From Takakia lepidozioides (Eukaryota > Plantae > Bryophyta): DNA of 64,000 nt. Shown piece after piece: positions 63,860 through 64,000 of the stretch. The notes below the pieces were generated by a model. It did no database searches. It saw only the letters and a program-made list of their open reading frames with translations, and had not been told where the DNA came from. The stretch is from contig CM060733.1 in the NCBI GenBank assembly GCA_030704615.1, forward strand, positions 36,208,001 to 36,272,000, read 5' to 3'. Numbering within the stretch: the stretch's first letter is position 1; each line of letters begins with the position of its first letter. The position numbers were made by a program, and so were the translations under genes.

Positions 63860-63882
63860 AATAATAATAATAATAATAATAA
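63860..63882. repeat. (AAT)n microsatellite
   Basis: Seen directly in the sequence. Confidence 0.85.
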
Positions 63883-64000
63883 TTCTAAGACAATTAAATT
63901 AAAATTTCTGATTTTTTTATTTTATTTTTATTTTAAAGGCGAAGGCCAGATTACAACAACCGAGTTCAAGCAAGCCTAAGGCACCCTACAGAGAAGGAAA

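Overview
Eukaryotic nuclear DNA: spliceosomal introns, a PLS-class PPR and plant-type genes suggest a land plant, probably a bryophyte or other seedless lineage (inference). About half the window is ordinary intron-rich host genes: an FAD-dependent carotenoid-desaturase/amine-oxidase-like gene (-), aminopeptidase P (-), a DHHC S-acyltransferase (+), an unknown spliced gene (-), plus PPR and Elongin C pseudogenes. The most striking region is 1-11333, apparently one large DNA transposon inserted into a Gypsy pol gene. It carries a GCM-zinc-finger/MULE-DDE/SWIM transposase (+) and, divergently, a spliced gene joining a ParB-like domain to a beta-class amino (N6A/N4C) DNA-methyltransferase-like domain (-). 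Between the two genes lie about 31 copies of a 22-bp palindrome, GGAAATGCGG-NN-CCGCATTTCC, at a 53-bp period, with solo copies in introns of the ParB-MTase gene. A second TIR transposon (53439-62183; 16-bp TIR, 8-bp TSD) splits the Elongin C pseudogene and carries a C2H2/AT-hook gene, nested LINEs and a tRNA-like Pol III unit. One LINE family recurs throughout, often at (GA)n tracts. All calls are by eye from sequence and motifs; no searches were run, and exon boundaries are approximate.
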